Assembly: GCF_006345805.1 (NCBI RefSeq)
Contig: NW_021835970.1
Coordinates: 1 to 64,000, forward strand
Length of the DNA stretch: 64,000 bases
Reading direction: 5' to 3'
Source of the DNA: Octopus sinensis
Taxonomy: Eukaryota
In this document: piece after piece, positions 36,684 through 47,899 of the stretch
Layout of the letters: each line of letters starts with the position of its first letter
Position numbering within the stretch: the first letter of the stretch is position 1
Program-made: the position numbers and the translations under genes
The notes under the pieces: generated by a model
Told to the model about the DNA's origin: nothing
What the model saw: only the letters and a program-made list of their open reading frames with translations
The model's database searches: none

Positions 36684-37043
36684 ATGTCTTCAAGAGGAAA
36701 AGGAGGAAAAGTACGGTCAAAGGCTAAAAGCAAATCCGTTCGGGCCGGGTTACAGTTTCCAGTTGGACGCATTCACCGGTGTCTCCGTCATGAAACCCGA
36801 ATGCGAGTAGGAATTCCTGCCGCAGTATATATGTGCGCAGTATTGGAATATGCTGTGGCTGAAATGCTTGAACTTGCTGGAAATACAGCAGTAAAATGTG
36901 GAAAAAGAAGAATTAAACCACGTCACATTGTCGTTGCAATTGGAAATGACGACGAATTAAAAGAATTAACTCAGAAAGCTATTATTTCATCTGGTGGATT
37001 TATGATTCGCAAAACTGCAGAAACTCCTAAACCAACTTCTTAA
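36684..37043 (+). CDS. H2A: Histone H2A (divergent, 119 aa, short C-tail)
   Basis: [13 protein letters not shown]...[16 protein letters not shown]...KRRIKPRHI...NDDEL. Confidence 0.95.
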   Translation: MSSRGKGGKVRSKAKSKSVRAGLQFPVGRIHRCLRHETRMRVGIPAAVYMCAVLEYAVAEMLELAGNTAVKCGKRRIKPRHIVVAIGNDDELKELTQKAIISSGGFMIRKTAETPKPTS

Positions 37044-37293
37044 CTTTAAATTAATTATTTGAATAATGCGCTGTTATTTTGTAATATTGTTTTCGAAATA
37101 CAATAGATCAACCAGTTAAGTTTTTTTAACGAATTTCAAAATAATTTCAAACACAATTAACGAATAAACGTTTAGAAGTAATTATAAATAAAATATCGCA
37201 ATACTGTGTTATTCTATCATTGGCAAAATATTTTTTAGTCCAATATAATTTATTTACTTAAGCTAAATTATCCCAAAAAATAGTAAATATATA

Positions 37294-38498
37294 CAGTGAA
37301 CAAAAATAAAAATTGAAAAGGCATTTTCTCATGAATTTACTATGAAACAATATTTAAAAAATAACTTCTATCGATTTAAAACATTAAATAAAGTTTTGCT
37401 TTATTTTTTAGTTTGTCTAAAAAATATTATATTTATACGTTTTTCCATTCATTGATAATTCAGAACCCAAAAAAATGAACAAATTTATTTAATATCCATT
37501 ATATCCTCCATTAGCTCTAATTACATCTAGTGTTCGGCCTGGCATGCTATTAATAAGACTTTTTGCGTATTTCATTTTGAGTTAATTCCAAATGGATGAT
37601 ATTTTTGCAAATAAATGTTCTTTTTTTCAAAAATTCTCTTCTTTTGATTTTTTCTTTAATAAAGGCCCAAACATTATCTATAGGGTTTAAATCTGGGCTT
37701 TGTGTTGGCCATAGTAGTAATTTGATATTATTTACTTGAAAAAAAGCTCTTTGCTATTGCCGAAGTATGTTTCAGATCATTGTCTTGTTGGAAACTAGGA
37801 TCTTTATGTTTGATTTTGTTCAGAAATGAGATCATATTATTCGTTAATATGTTAACATGCAAAGCTCCACCAATCTTCTCTTTTATCAAAACCAAATTAA
37901 TAAATCCAATATTGATTATGGCATGATAGTTCATGATAGTTCCTTTACCGAATTTTACTGTTTTTGTAAGATTGTTTGTTAAATATTTTTCCTTGCGATT
38001 TCTCGATACTAAAGTTCTTACATCACTATTTTACATATTAAATTTACTTTTATCACTTAAAATAACTCGCTCCCAAAATATTTCGAGAGCATATTGCATG
38101 TTTGGCATAGCTTTAATCATTGAAGTTTAGGGTTTTTAGTAAAAAGTGGTCTTTTCGTGGGTGGATATGCATTCAGACCAATTTTTTCGTGGTATTTCTT
38201 ATTGTTTGAGCTGTTACTGATTTCCCTTTTTTTGTAAATGTTTTGGTAAATTTAAAACAGTTGAAATTGGCATCCACTTTTCAAGCTTCTTTAATTTAAA
38301 ATATTTTTTGCAGAGAAGTTACAATTTTAAATTTGTTCAGTAATTTAAATTTGTTCAGTTTTTTTTTGGTTTTAAATTTTCGATATCATAAAAAAATACT
38401 TTAATCTATGTTAAAAATAAATTTGAAACATATTTGCAATATTGTCCATTTGTAAATTTATAAGAAAAAGCATGTCCAGTTTTTATTTTTGTTCACTG
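37294..38498 (-). mobile_element. Tc1/mariner element with both TIRs, TA TSD and a degenerate transposase
   Basis: TA|cagtgaacaaaaataaaaa ... tttttatttttgttcactg|TA. WERVILSDKSKFN, FQQDND and WPTQSPDLNPI motifs on the minus strand. Confidence 0.92.
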
Positions 38499-38729
38499 TA
38501 GCTTGTTCATGGTTATAGGTTTTTGTTTGTTTTCCTACTATTTATTAATTATCCAACAAATCCGAATTGAACAATTTTTAATTATATTTTTTCTAAAATA
38601 CACAACTAGTATCTTCTTTTTATCTAAACGAGGTGCAACATTACATTTTCTACAAACTTCAACAAAAAATTTAAAAATTGTCTCAGAGTTATACAAACAA
38701 TAAATCATTTTTTTATTTAAAAAAACAAG

Positions 38730-39140
38730 TTATGTTTTTTCACCTCGAATTCTTCTCGATAAATGCATATCGTTTGGCATTATAGTTACTCTTTTTCCGT
38801 GAATTGCGCACAAATTACTGTCTTCAAAAATTCCAACTAGGTAACTCTCTGCCGCTTCTTGGAGAGCGACAATCGCTGACGATTGAAAACGCAAATCAGT
38901 TTTGATAAACTGAGCGGTTTCTCTCACGAGTCTCTGGAATGGAAGTTTTCGTAGTAACAAATCAGTGCTCTTTTGATATCGTCTAATTTCTCGCATTGCA
39001 ACAACTCCAGGTCGAAATCGATGAGGTTTCTTTACTCCTCCAAATTGTGAAACAGACTTGCGAGCAGATTTTGCAGACAACTGTTTCCTTGGTACTTTTG
39101 CACCAGTAGATTTTCGAGCCGTTTGTTTTGTTCTAGCCAT
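38730..39140 (-). CDS. H3: Histone H3 (intact, 136 aa, divergent)
   Basis: [13 protein letters not shown]...KKPHRFRPG...EIRRYQKST...RIRGE. Confidence 0.97.
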   Translation of the reverse strand: MARTKQTARKSTGAKVPRKQLSAKSARKSVSQFGGVKKPHRFRPGVVAMREIRRYQKSTDLLLRKLPFQRLVRETAQFIKTDLRFQSSAIVALQEAAESYLVGIFEDSNLCAIHGKRVTIMPNDMHLSRRIRGEKT

Positions 39141-39196
39141 ATTTTATTATTTCAGAAAACAATGACAATGCCAGTATAGTAAAAAAAGACATCATT

Positions 39197-40120
39197 TGGG
39201 GGGGAAAAATTTATTAGTTAAGGGAGGCAGTTAAAAACTAACTAAGTAGACCTTCGGCATCGCTGCCTTTTCAGTCTCCATCACACACACGCCTCCCTAC
39301 ACACAACCACAAGTTAAGACTTACCGCCTTACTGCCATCCAGAAATAATCTTCTCTAGGACCTCAGAGAGGCCTTTGAGGGATGATTCTGGGCGTCGGAG
39401 AGCTCAGTCCGGAATCCTAAGCCATAGGCTAGCCTTATGGCTCGTCTTCTTACTTTTAAGCACGTCAACATGCTTATCCCTGTCCTCATAGAGGTACCAA
39501 GCGTGGACGCCATAGGTCAAGACGGGTAACACCATGGCGTTAAACACGCGGAACCAGGCACCTCTGCTCAAGCGGAAAGCACGCAACGCACCTAATCGCT
39601 GCATTGCACGCATTTTCGTACGTGCAATGTGATCATCAAACTTACCGGACGGCTAAAGAGCACGCCCAAATAAGTCATCCGATCAACTGCAGCGATTGCT
39701 GACCCGCTCAGCAATAACCTAGGAACAAAATTAGTGTAACCCCTCGTCCTTTTACAGACTTTAAGGACACTGCACTTGTCCGCGCACATTCTCAGACCCC
39801 TACTCCCACACCAGTTTGCAAGTCCATCCACAGCAACCTGAAGCCTACGACACGCACACTCCGGTTTCATTGAGTGATCCCAGAGGATAATGTCGTCTGC
39901 ATAGATTACCATTTCAGTACGAGCATTGACTGGCATAGGCGCAGTGGCCATAAACACATTGAATAGTGTCGGACTGAGCACAGAGCCCTGAGGGACCCCG
40001 CGAAGGACTGTTGCGACTTTAGAAAAGACCCCCTGATGCCGCACGACCTGTCTGCGAGATTCAAGAAACCCCGACAGCCAGCGCCTTAGACACGGAGAAA
40101 CCCCACACGTGGCAAGGGAA
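39197..40120 (-). mobile_element. 5'-truncated LINE-A, tail about 56 nt upstream of the H3 ATG
   Basis: IYADD motif intact. Same 3' UTR as 35529-35700. It replaces the promoter that is continuous in the H3 copy at 1712. Confidence 0.88.
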
Positions 40121-40484
40121 CATCACAAATAACCAAGTGAATGTCACATATATGAAGGCTCTGAATGCTGGATAATTGGAATATGAGACTTCAGATGTCA
40201 ACGAACTTGGTTATTTTATTAAATATAAAAAATGTCGGAATATTTGGACATGGATATTTTCTTGTTAATAGAAATGATAAAGAGGGAACAAACTACATAA
40301 TGCATAGATTTATTGGAAAATATGAATATCCGATGGAATTTGTGGAAATAGTTTGCAACAAATATTTGTTGCCTTTTAAGTAAATTACTTTTTGATGTAA
40401 AAATAAATTTATCTGAAAAATTATCTTTTATAAATACAGATAAGCTGTTTTTAATCCAAATATTTTTTTTGACTTTAAATCAGT

Positions 40485-40712
40485 TTGAGCGGAAACCAGA
40501 TTCGGAGATAAACGAGTATCTTTCGGAGAGAAAGCGGCGCAGCCAGAGGTAGAGTTCCGCTGTAGGCACACAGAGTTGGATCCTTTCCAGTAGGTCTCTG
40601 TGCCAGACGGTGTCGAAAGCTTTTGAAATGTCCAGACATACAAGAGATAGAGTTTCTTTAAATTCCATTGCTCTCGAAATTATGGACTGTACCGTTATGA
40701 AACAGTCACTGC
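40485..40712 (-). mobile_element. LINE-B' RT fragment (duplicate of the 5' end of 50941-51740)
   Basis: LDISKAFDTVWHRDLL. Same junction to the H3 promoter block. Confidence 0.8.
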
Positions 40713-41655
40713 CTTATTAAACAACCTTATTCCGAATTTTTTTGAGTAATGCAAAAAGTATCATTCCGAAATTTTTTGGTTAATTCACTCATCATTTTTA
40801 AAATAAGTAATTAAATATTTAAAAAAAAATATTTTATTAGCACCATCAAATAATTGTAACTATTTCTTAAATTGATGAATTTTACGAGATTACAGATTAA
40901 ATTACTAGTGTACTAATTAAAGAACTTTTGTTTATAAATCCCATTCCGTGGAGCGAGAGGAATTATATGCGATATATTGAAAGTAATAATATGTTTGGTC
41001 TATAGTTATAGGACACACTCATAATTGGCGACGACCTTTGCCAGTTTTTCGCTTGCTTAGAATTTAACATTAATTATTTTGACTGTTTCGACACATATTT
41101 GTGTCCAGAACTTGTTGAAATGATGCAAAAATCTGGCAGCGAAAAGAAGTCATTGAAAGAAACGCCCAGAATCATTTGGACTTCGAAAATTATGACTCGT
41201 GGTCAGGAATAAGAGCTGCGCGTGATCTTTACTAATTAGTCGATTCTATAAAAAACAATAGCTTAGATTGGTAAATTTTTAAATTTGTCCGAATTTTATT
41301 TTTTTAACCTCGTGTGCTCTGCAGGTAAATCGTTCGATACACCCAAGGCCTGTGACATTATAATTTATAAAAATAAAATAATTAAATTCGTGTTCAGTTT
41401 AAAAAAATCTAGAAAAAATTATAAACATAATGATTAAAATTTGGTAGAAATTGATCATTTAGATTTTAGGGCGCTAAAATACAAGATCGCCAATCCGGGA
41501 ACAAATAAATAAAAGTTAGCCATAAGAATATAAAGAATAGAACTTTCTAAAAATTCAAGTAATAAAGATAAATGAGAAGATGAAATAAGCGAAATAAACA
41601 AATTGAAAGAATAAACTCGCAAATATAACAAAATGATGAAATTCAGATAATTTTT

Positions 41656-44600
41656 TTTCACGTGCGCGTGTTGTTGTTGTGGGTACTTTCTGTATTCATT
41701 TGTTCATTCGTTATTTGCTATTCAATTATACTATTAATTATTAATTCATTGTGTTAATCATTGTTTCATTCTACTTTCTATTGTTCCATTCTATTGTCCT
41801 AATCCTTTGTCATTGTTTCAATCTACTTTTTTTTCCTCATGCCTCTCTGTTTCTCTAAAAAGTCGCTTTGTTGCACTTCGTGCATGCTTAACAACCCCAG
41901 GAAGAACGGCTGTCATTGCTCCTCCTGTGACCGTTTTTTCCATCTATCCTGTGCCGGAATACCTAAATCGGCCGCCGCTTCTCTGTCGAAGTGGAGTTGC
42001 CACCCTTGTCTTACCCAATTAAACTTGAGCCCGCAGCCGGTATTCTCATCCAAAGATTCACACTCTCAGCCCATCATTTCTTCCCCCTCGGTAAAAGACT
42101 TCCTCTTGGCGGTCGCAAAAGCCAAGAGAAGCCGCTCGATCCCTATCAAAATCCCGAAGGCCGCACGTATCCTTGCCGCAGACTCTTTATCAATAGTCAT
42201 CGACAAAGCCATTACTTCCAATGACCCAGCCTCCTGGAATCATCTTTTCTGCTTTGGCGTCATGGCTCTCGGCCTCCGCAGAGAGGATTCCCCACCAAAA
42301 TCGATTTCCAACCGTTCTAAGCATAACATCTCAGCCTACCTGAATCGCCCTGATGATGACTTTTCTGCCTGGCTGGGCGAAACAAAGCCCCAGCCAACGC
42401 ATAAAGTCAAAAAATCCGGTCAAAGTAGCAACGCAGACTCAGAATCCCAAGACATTTTGCGCCTGCGGAACAGGATCAACACTAAACTGATGGAGGGAAA
42501 TGTTGCCAGCGCTGTCCGTGTTTTATCATCTGATGACAGAGTTCTTTCCATTACACCAAGTGTCCTCGCTGAGCTTAATGCAAAACATCCGAGTCCCCCC
42601 GCGGACCTTCGCTCTACTACTCTAAACTCCGATTACCCCGCAACCTATGCCCCCAAAGAAGATGTTCTAGATGCTATTAATTCCCTCGCAACCGGCAGCT
42701 GCGGGGGCATCGACGGACTACGCCCAGGGCATGTGAAAGATCTACTCTCAAGCCACACCTGCGAGGCCGGCGCTCGCCTCCTCGTCTCCATAACTGCTCT
42801 GACAAACATGATCATCCAGGCACAAATCCCCGAGTACGCTCGGGACCTCCTATTTTCTGCAAACATCACCGCATTGAGGAAGAAGGAAGGCGGGATCCGC
42901 CCTATTGCTGTTGGTACATTTTTTCGCCGTCTAGCTTCCAAAGTAGCCTGTAGACAAGTTACCAAGTTTTTGGGCCAGGAACTACGCCCGTTTCAGTTGG
43001 GCGTCGGTGTCCGCGGCGGCTGTGAAGCTGCTGTCCATGCCGCAAGAAAGTTTATTTCCGCCTCGTCCGAAAGGCCGGATAACGCCTCTGTACTCGTGAA
43101 GCTAGACTTGACAAATGCCTTCAACAGTCTTCGTCGGGACTGTATTCTCGAAACTTGCTACCGCCGTGCTCCCTCAATTGCCCGCTTGGTATCTATGGCT
43201 TACTCCAAGCCAAGCCTTCTTATTGCCGATGACCAAATCCTACATTCCAGCAACGGTGTTCAACAGGGCGACCCACTTGGCCCGTTGCTTTTTGCCCTGA
43301 CGATCGATCCTGTTGTTCGGAACATCTCATCTCGTTTCAATGTATGGTACCTGGACGACGCTACTATCGGAGGTCCGGTAGCTTCTGTCCTTAAAGATTT
43401 GGAAAATCTGATCCCCTCCCTTAATTCTCTTGGCCTATCCATCAATCCGCTCAAATCCGAAATTGCCAATATTGGCTTTACCCCAGAAGATTTTACCTCT
43501 GTATTTAATACGTTCTCGAATGTCCTTCCAAATATCCGCAGGACCTTGATTGAAAATTTGAAAATCTTAGGGTCCCCTATATCTAATCTGGGTGTTGAAT
43601 CATCCCTATATGCTAAAACATCCTCGCTGTTGGCAATTTCTAACAAACTAGCAAAAATCGATTCCATTCCGGCCTGTTTTTCCTACGCAATTGTTTTGCA
43701 ATTCCAAAGCTTCTATTATCCTCAGAAGTGCCCCATGTTTCTTTAACCTGAGGGCTCTCGAATCATTGATTTTTCGCTTAAATCCAGCTTGGAGTCCATT
43801 TGCAATATTACCCTCGATGAGATCGGTTGGCAACAGGCCATCCTTCCTATAAGCCATGGCGGTATTGGTATCCGATCATCTGTCGACCTTTCTATCCCGG
43901 CGTACTTATCTTCAGTTAATGCGACAAATGATCTGGTCCAGGAGATTCTCCAATCCGTAACCGAATCATCTATGGACACAGAGTCGGTCGCCGCAGAAAG
44001 TTGCTGGAAAGGGATGTCTCTGGAAATCCCGGAGAATACGCACGCCCAAGGCCAATGGGACCGGATCCTTTGCGACCACAAGATAAACAGCCTCAAGCCG
44101 AAACTCAATCAACATCGCTTGGCGTGCTTATTGGCCGCCTCGCAACCATACTCCGGTGCATGGCTTACAGCAATCCCTATGGCGTCAATCGGCACCTTAA
44201 TGGACAACGACTGTGTAAGGATTTCCGTCTCTCTCCGCCTCGGACTTCCCATTTGCAAAACACACCAGTGCCGCTGCGGTTTAAGAGTGGACCCTTATGG
44301 CCATCATCCCCTCTCCTGCTCACGTAGTGCCGGACGTTTCCCACGACACGCCGCCATCAACGACACCGTGAGCCGTGCCCTAACGACGGCGGGGTTTCCT
44401 AATGAGCTCGAACCAGTCGGGCTCGACAGAGGCGACGGTAAGCGCCCGGATGGCATGACAATCTTCCCGTTTGAAAAGGGGAAATGCCTTATCTGGGACG
44501 CCACCTGCTCCGACACTTTCTCCGCCAAGAATCTAATTGCCTCCGCTGCGGAACCGGGCTCAGTTGCAAAGCAGGCGGAACTAACAAAACAGAAGAAGAA

Positions 44601-44841
44601 GTACCGGGTCCTGGCCATGAATCACCTATTCGCTGCAGTCGCGGTGGAAACCTCTGGAGTCATCGGTCCGCAGACGCTATCGTTTCTCCGTCGCCTTGGA
44701 TCTAAGCTCGTGGTTGCCACGAAAGATCCCAACGAGTCGATCAGACTCTTTCAAAGGATCTCATTGGCCATCATGCGCGGGAATTGCCAGTCGATTCGCT
44801 GCGCATTTTACTCTTTCGTTCATTAACAATAAGATTGCACA

Positions 44842-44875
<34 letters not shown>
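41656..44875 (+). mobile_element. Near full-length CRE-like RLE non-LTR retrotransposon with poly(A)33, inserted in the X-Y-Z repeat
   Basis: The flanks rejoin as cagataattt^attaattaaaag of the repeat (TSD at most about 5 bp). Single long ORF and a poly(A) tail at 44843-44875. Confidence 0.95.
41839..44826 (+). CDS. PHD finger - RT - CCHC - restriction-like endonuclease polyprotein (~990 aa; small indels near 43670-43750)
   Basis: C4HC3 pattern in residues 11-57; GIRPIAVG, KLDLTNAFN, GVQQGDPLGP, WYLDD; CRCG...HPLSC...RH; RPDG...WDAT...KKKY...AVETSG. Confidence 0.92.
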
Positions 44876-44878
<3 letters not shown>

Positions 44879-44879
44879 A

Positions 44880-45720
44880 TTAATTAAAAGAAACTACATC
44901 GCAAAATATTCCTTCTAATCCAAATAAATAAAAAAATAAAGATTGACCAAATAATGGCAAATTGTGAAACAGAATTGCGAGCAGATTGTTTCCTTGGAAA
45001 TTTTGCTCCAGTAGATTTTCGAGCAGTTTGTTTAGTTATTTTTGTTTTATATTATTCCGAATTTTTAACAACCTTATTCCGAATTTTTTTGAGTAATGCA
45101 AAAAAGTATCATTCCGAAAATTTTTTGGTTAATTCACTCATCATTTTTAAAAATAAGTAATTAAATATTACCGCTTTGTCTGTCTATGAGCAGGGACACC
45201 TGCTATTCTCCACGATCGATGAATAGGTCAGTTACTTAGAGCGTTTCCGAAAATTCGGATAGAAGCCTCGATGGTCTGCGGTTAAATTTAAGAAATAGTT
45301 ACAATTATTTGATGTTGCTAATAAAATATTATTTAAAAATATTTAATTTTTTATTTTAAAATTTTCGGAATGATACTTTTTTGCATTACTCGAAAAATTC
45401 GGAATAACGTTGTTTAAAAATTCGGAATAATATAAAACAAAAATAACTAAACAAACTGCTCGAAAATCTACTGGAGCAAAATTTCCAAGAAAACAATCTG
45501 CTCGCAATTCTGTTTCACAATTTGCCATTATTTGGTCAATCTTTATTTTTTTATTTATTTGGATTAGAAGGAATATTTTGCGATGTAGTTTCTTTTAATT
45601 AATAAATTATCTGAAATTTCATCATTTTGTTATATTTGCGATTTTATTCTTTCTATTTGTTTATTTCGCTTATTTCAAATCTTTTCATTTATCTTTATTC
45701 ATTGAATTTTACCTTGTTTT
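44880..45720. repeat. Imperfect palindrome of H3tail-Z arms around a ~105-bp LINE-B piece (about 45170-45275)
   Basis: 44880-45165 is matched in reverse by 45325-45610. Both H3 tails lack the ATG. Confidence 0.8.
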
Positions 45721-45771
45721 TGATAGAAAGTTCTATTCTTTATATTCTTATGGCTAACTATTCTTATGGCT

Positions 45772-46017
45772 AGTTTTAGAGCGTATCTCCGTTTTTTTTC
45801 GCATTTTCGCAGAATTTTCTCATATTGTTTCGAGTAGAACCAAGCTTCCATACCATACAGTAGGCTGGGCAAGTTTGTTGCATGGTATACAAATAGGAAG
45901 GTATTTGGATTCAAGTGCATGCTTCTTAAGAGTCGGAGAGCGGCTATGGCTTTCCCTTTTCTCCGTTTGAAATGCAAATGGTATCTCGAGTTTGCGTCGA
46001 TTGTGAGCCCCAGGTAA
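45772..46017 (-). mobile_element. LINE-B internal fragment
   Basis: YLGLTIDANS...LPSLLYGMEAWFYS. Confidence 0.8.
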
Positions 46018-46019
46018 GT

Positions 46020-46255
46020 CTAAGCTCAAAGAAAACCACTCGTACGAACTTCCGGGCTACCGGTCAGTGGATCTAAAATGGGGAAGCTGCTCTACGCCAG
46101 GGACTGGCTCGAGCATCTCTGTACGCCGAAAATCTCCAAATCCGTAACCTCACCATCATCAAGAGCACGGTGTGCGAATTCCTCTCTTTTGAGGTGAAAA
46201 CTGATTCCTTCTGGATAAAGGTCGGTGGAATATATTGCAAATATCTCCCCTGGCG
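46020..46255 (+). pseudogene. APE endonuclease fragment
   Basis: LKENHSYELPGY...CEFLSFEVKTDSFWIKVGGIY. Confidence 0.55.
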
Positions 46256-46741
46256 ATTTCATTGACAATTTCAACTAAATTTTCAATTTTTTTACATGTT
46301 CGTCGTGTAAAACCAGTTTTGTTTTCTACGTCGACGACGCGTAAATCTGTGCATTATCCTTCAGATCCTCAACTTTTGATATTTGAGAGTTTAATAAAGT
46401 TTTAAAGTACTTGAAATTTTTCTTCTTGATTTTCATGTTAATTTTGATTTGATAAACTTAGATAATTATCAATCTTTTGAGCCATAATTTTAATAAACAT
46501 AAAACCAGGGCATTATCGCGGACCATGACAATAGAGAGTCTCTCAATAAAATGCAAATATTCCCAATGGTCTCTAATAATATCTGCATGCAGCCTCCAGT
46601 CTTTTTATTTAGATTTTGTTCAAAAGTTCCCTGGCACAAGTTTTTCTATTGCGACCAATATACTCCATTTTAGTGTTTTCAGCAAATTTATAAATGTTTC
46701 GGGTTCCAAAAAAGATGATTTCAAATTTGCGGTCAAATTAT

Positions 46742-47899
46742 TGTCACCGGTTTTAGAGCGGACCCGGTTTTTGGAAGGACCACACAAAAAATTGTATAAA
46801 TCGTTTTATTTTATCCTGAAAATAGTTATACAATAAATTAGACCATGTTTAAATAATTTCTTAAGCTGTTTCTGATTTTATCATTGCTCACAAAACCAAC
46901 ATACCCTTAAAAAGTGCTTTTTAAATTTTAAATAAGTAATTTTATTTAATTTTTGTGTAAAATATTAAAAAAACATTATATTTTTATTTAATGATTTTAA
47001 ACCTAAATATTTTAAAAATTAAATCTTAAAATTACCGTCAATAAAAAACTATTCTAACCCACAAGGTTTAATATAAAAATTCAACTAGTCCCCTATGCGG
47101 CCTACGGCCGAGGTATCTCTTCACTTAGAGAATTTTAAAATTTAGTTAAACTTTTTTATTTTAGAAATATTAATATTCTTATGGACATTTCCATTTTCAT
47201 CTTCTAAAGAATAGTTGTAATGAATTTGAATCGTTTAATTCCGAATATCTCCTTAAGTCAATGAGATCGGCTATGTATCTATCACGCGGGCCTCTCGCAA
47301 TGATTGGCCTAATAGGAGGTTTTGTTGCCATTAATCTCATTGACTAATCGCCTTATTTTAATTATTATACCTGACAAAAAACACAGTTTTTAATAACATT
47401 TTTAATCTCATTTCGAGTAACACCGTAAATTTTTTCTGACAGCTGACTAATCATTCTATCTTTGCCAAAATGATTAGAATTATGCGCCTTCTAAACATAA
47501 GAAGATTTATAGATAACCTCAATCATTGTTGGCTTTAGTTCTTTCTCTTCTATACAAAAAAATCTGAGTAAGCAATTGTTTTTTCGAATAAATGCCTTTC
47601 CGTCAGAGAATTCAAATTTTTTTGCGTGAATTCTAAATCTATACTTTTTTCTTTTTTCAATCACTTCATCTAGATCCCTCAACTCATTGATTTTTTTAAT
47701 TTTTGAAGATTTGCTTTTGAAAGTACAACGAAACCCATTTTTTATGTTGAATTTAATTAATTAATTATTACAATAATATAATAAAAAATAAAACCAATTT
47801 TTATCTTCTAATGAAAATAAATTATTTTATCCATTTTTTATTTTAATATACGCACCTGGTCCTTCCAAAAAAACCGGGTCCGCTCAGAAACCGGTCACA
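46742..47899 (-). mobile_element. Ginger-like (integrase-type) DNA transposon, internally deleted, ~42-bp TIRs, 5-bp TSD, inserted in a copy of segment A
   Basis: TGT...ACA ends (tgtcaccggttttagagcggacccggttttt / aaaaaccgggtccgctcagaaaccggtcaca); attat at 46737-46741 and 47900-47904; PIRPIIARGPRDRYIADLIDLRRY and an HHCC remnant. Confidence 0.85.
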
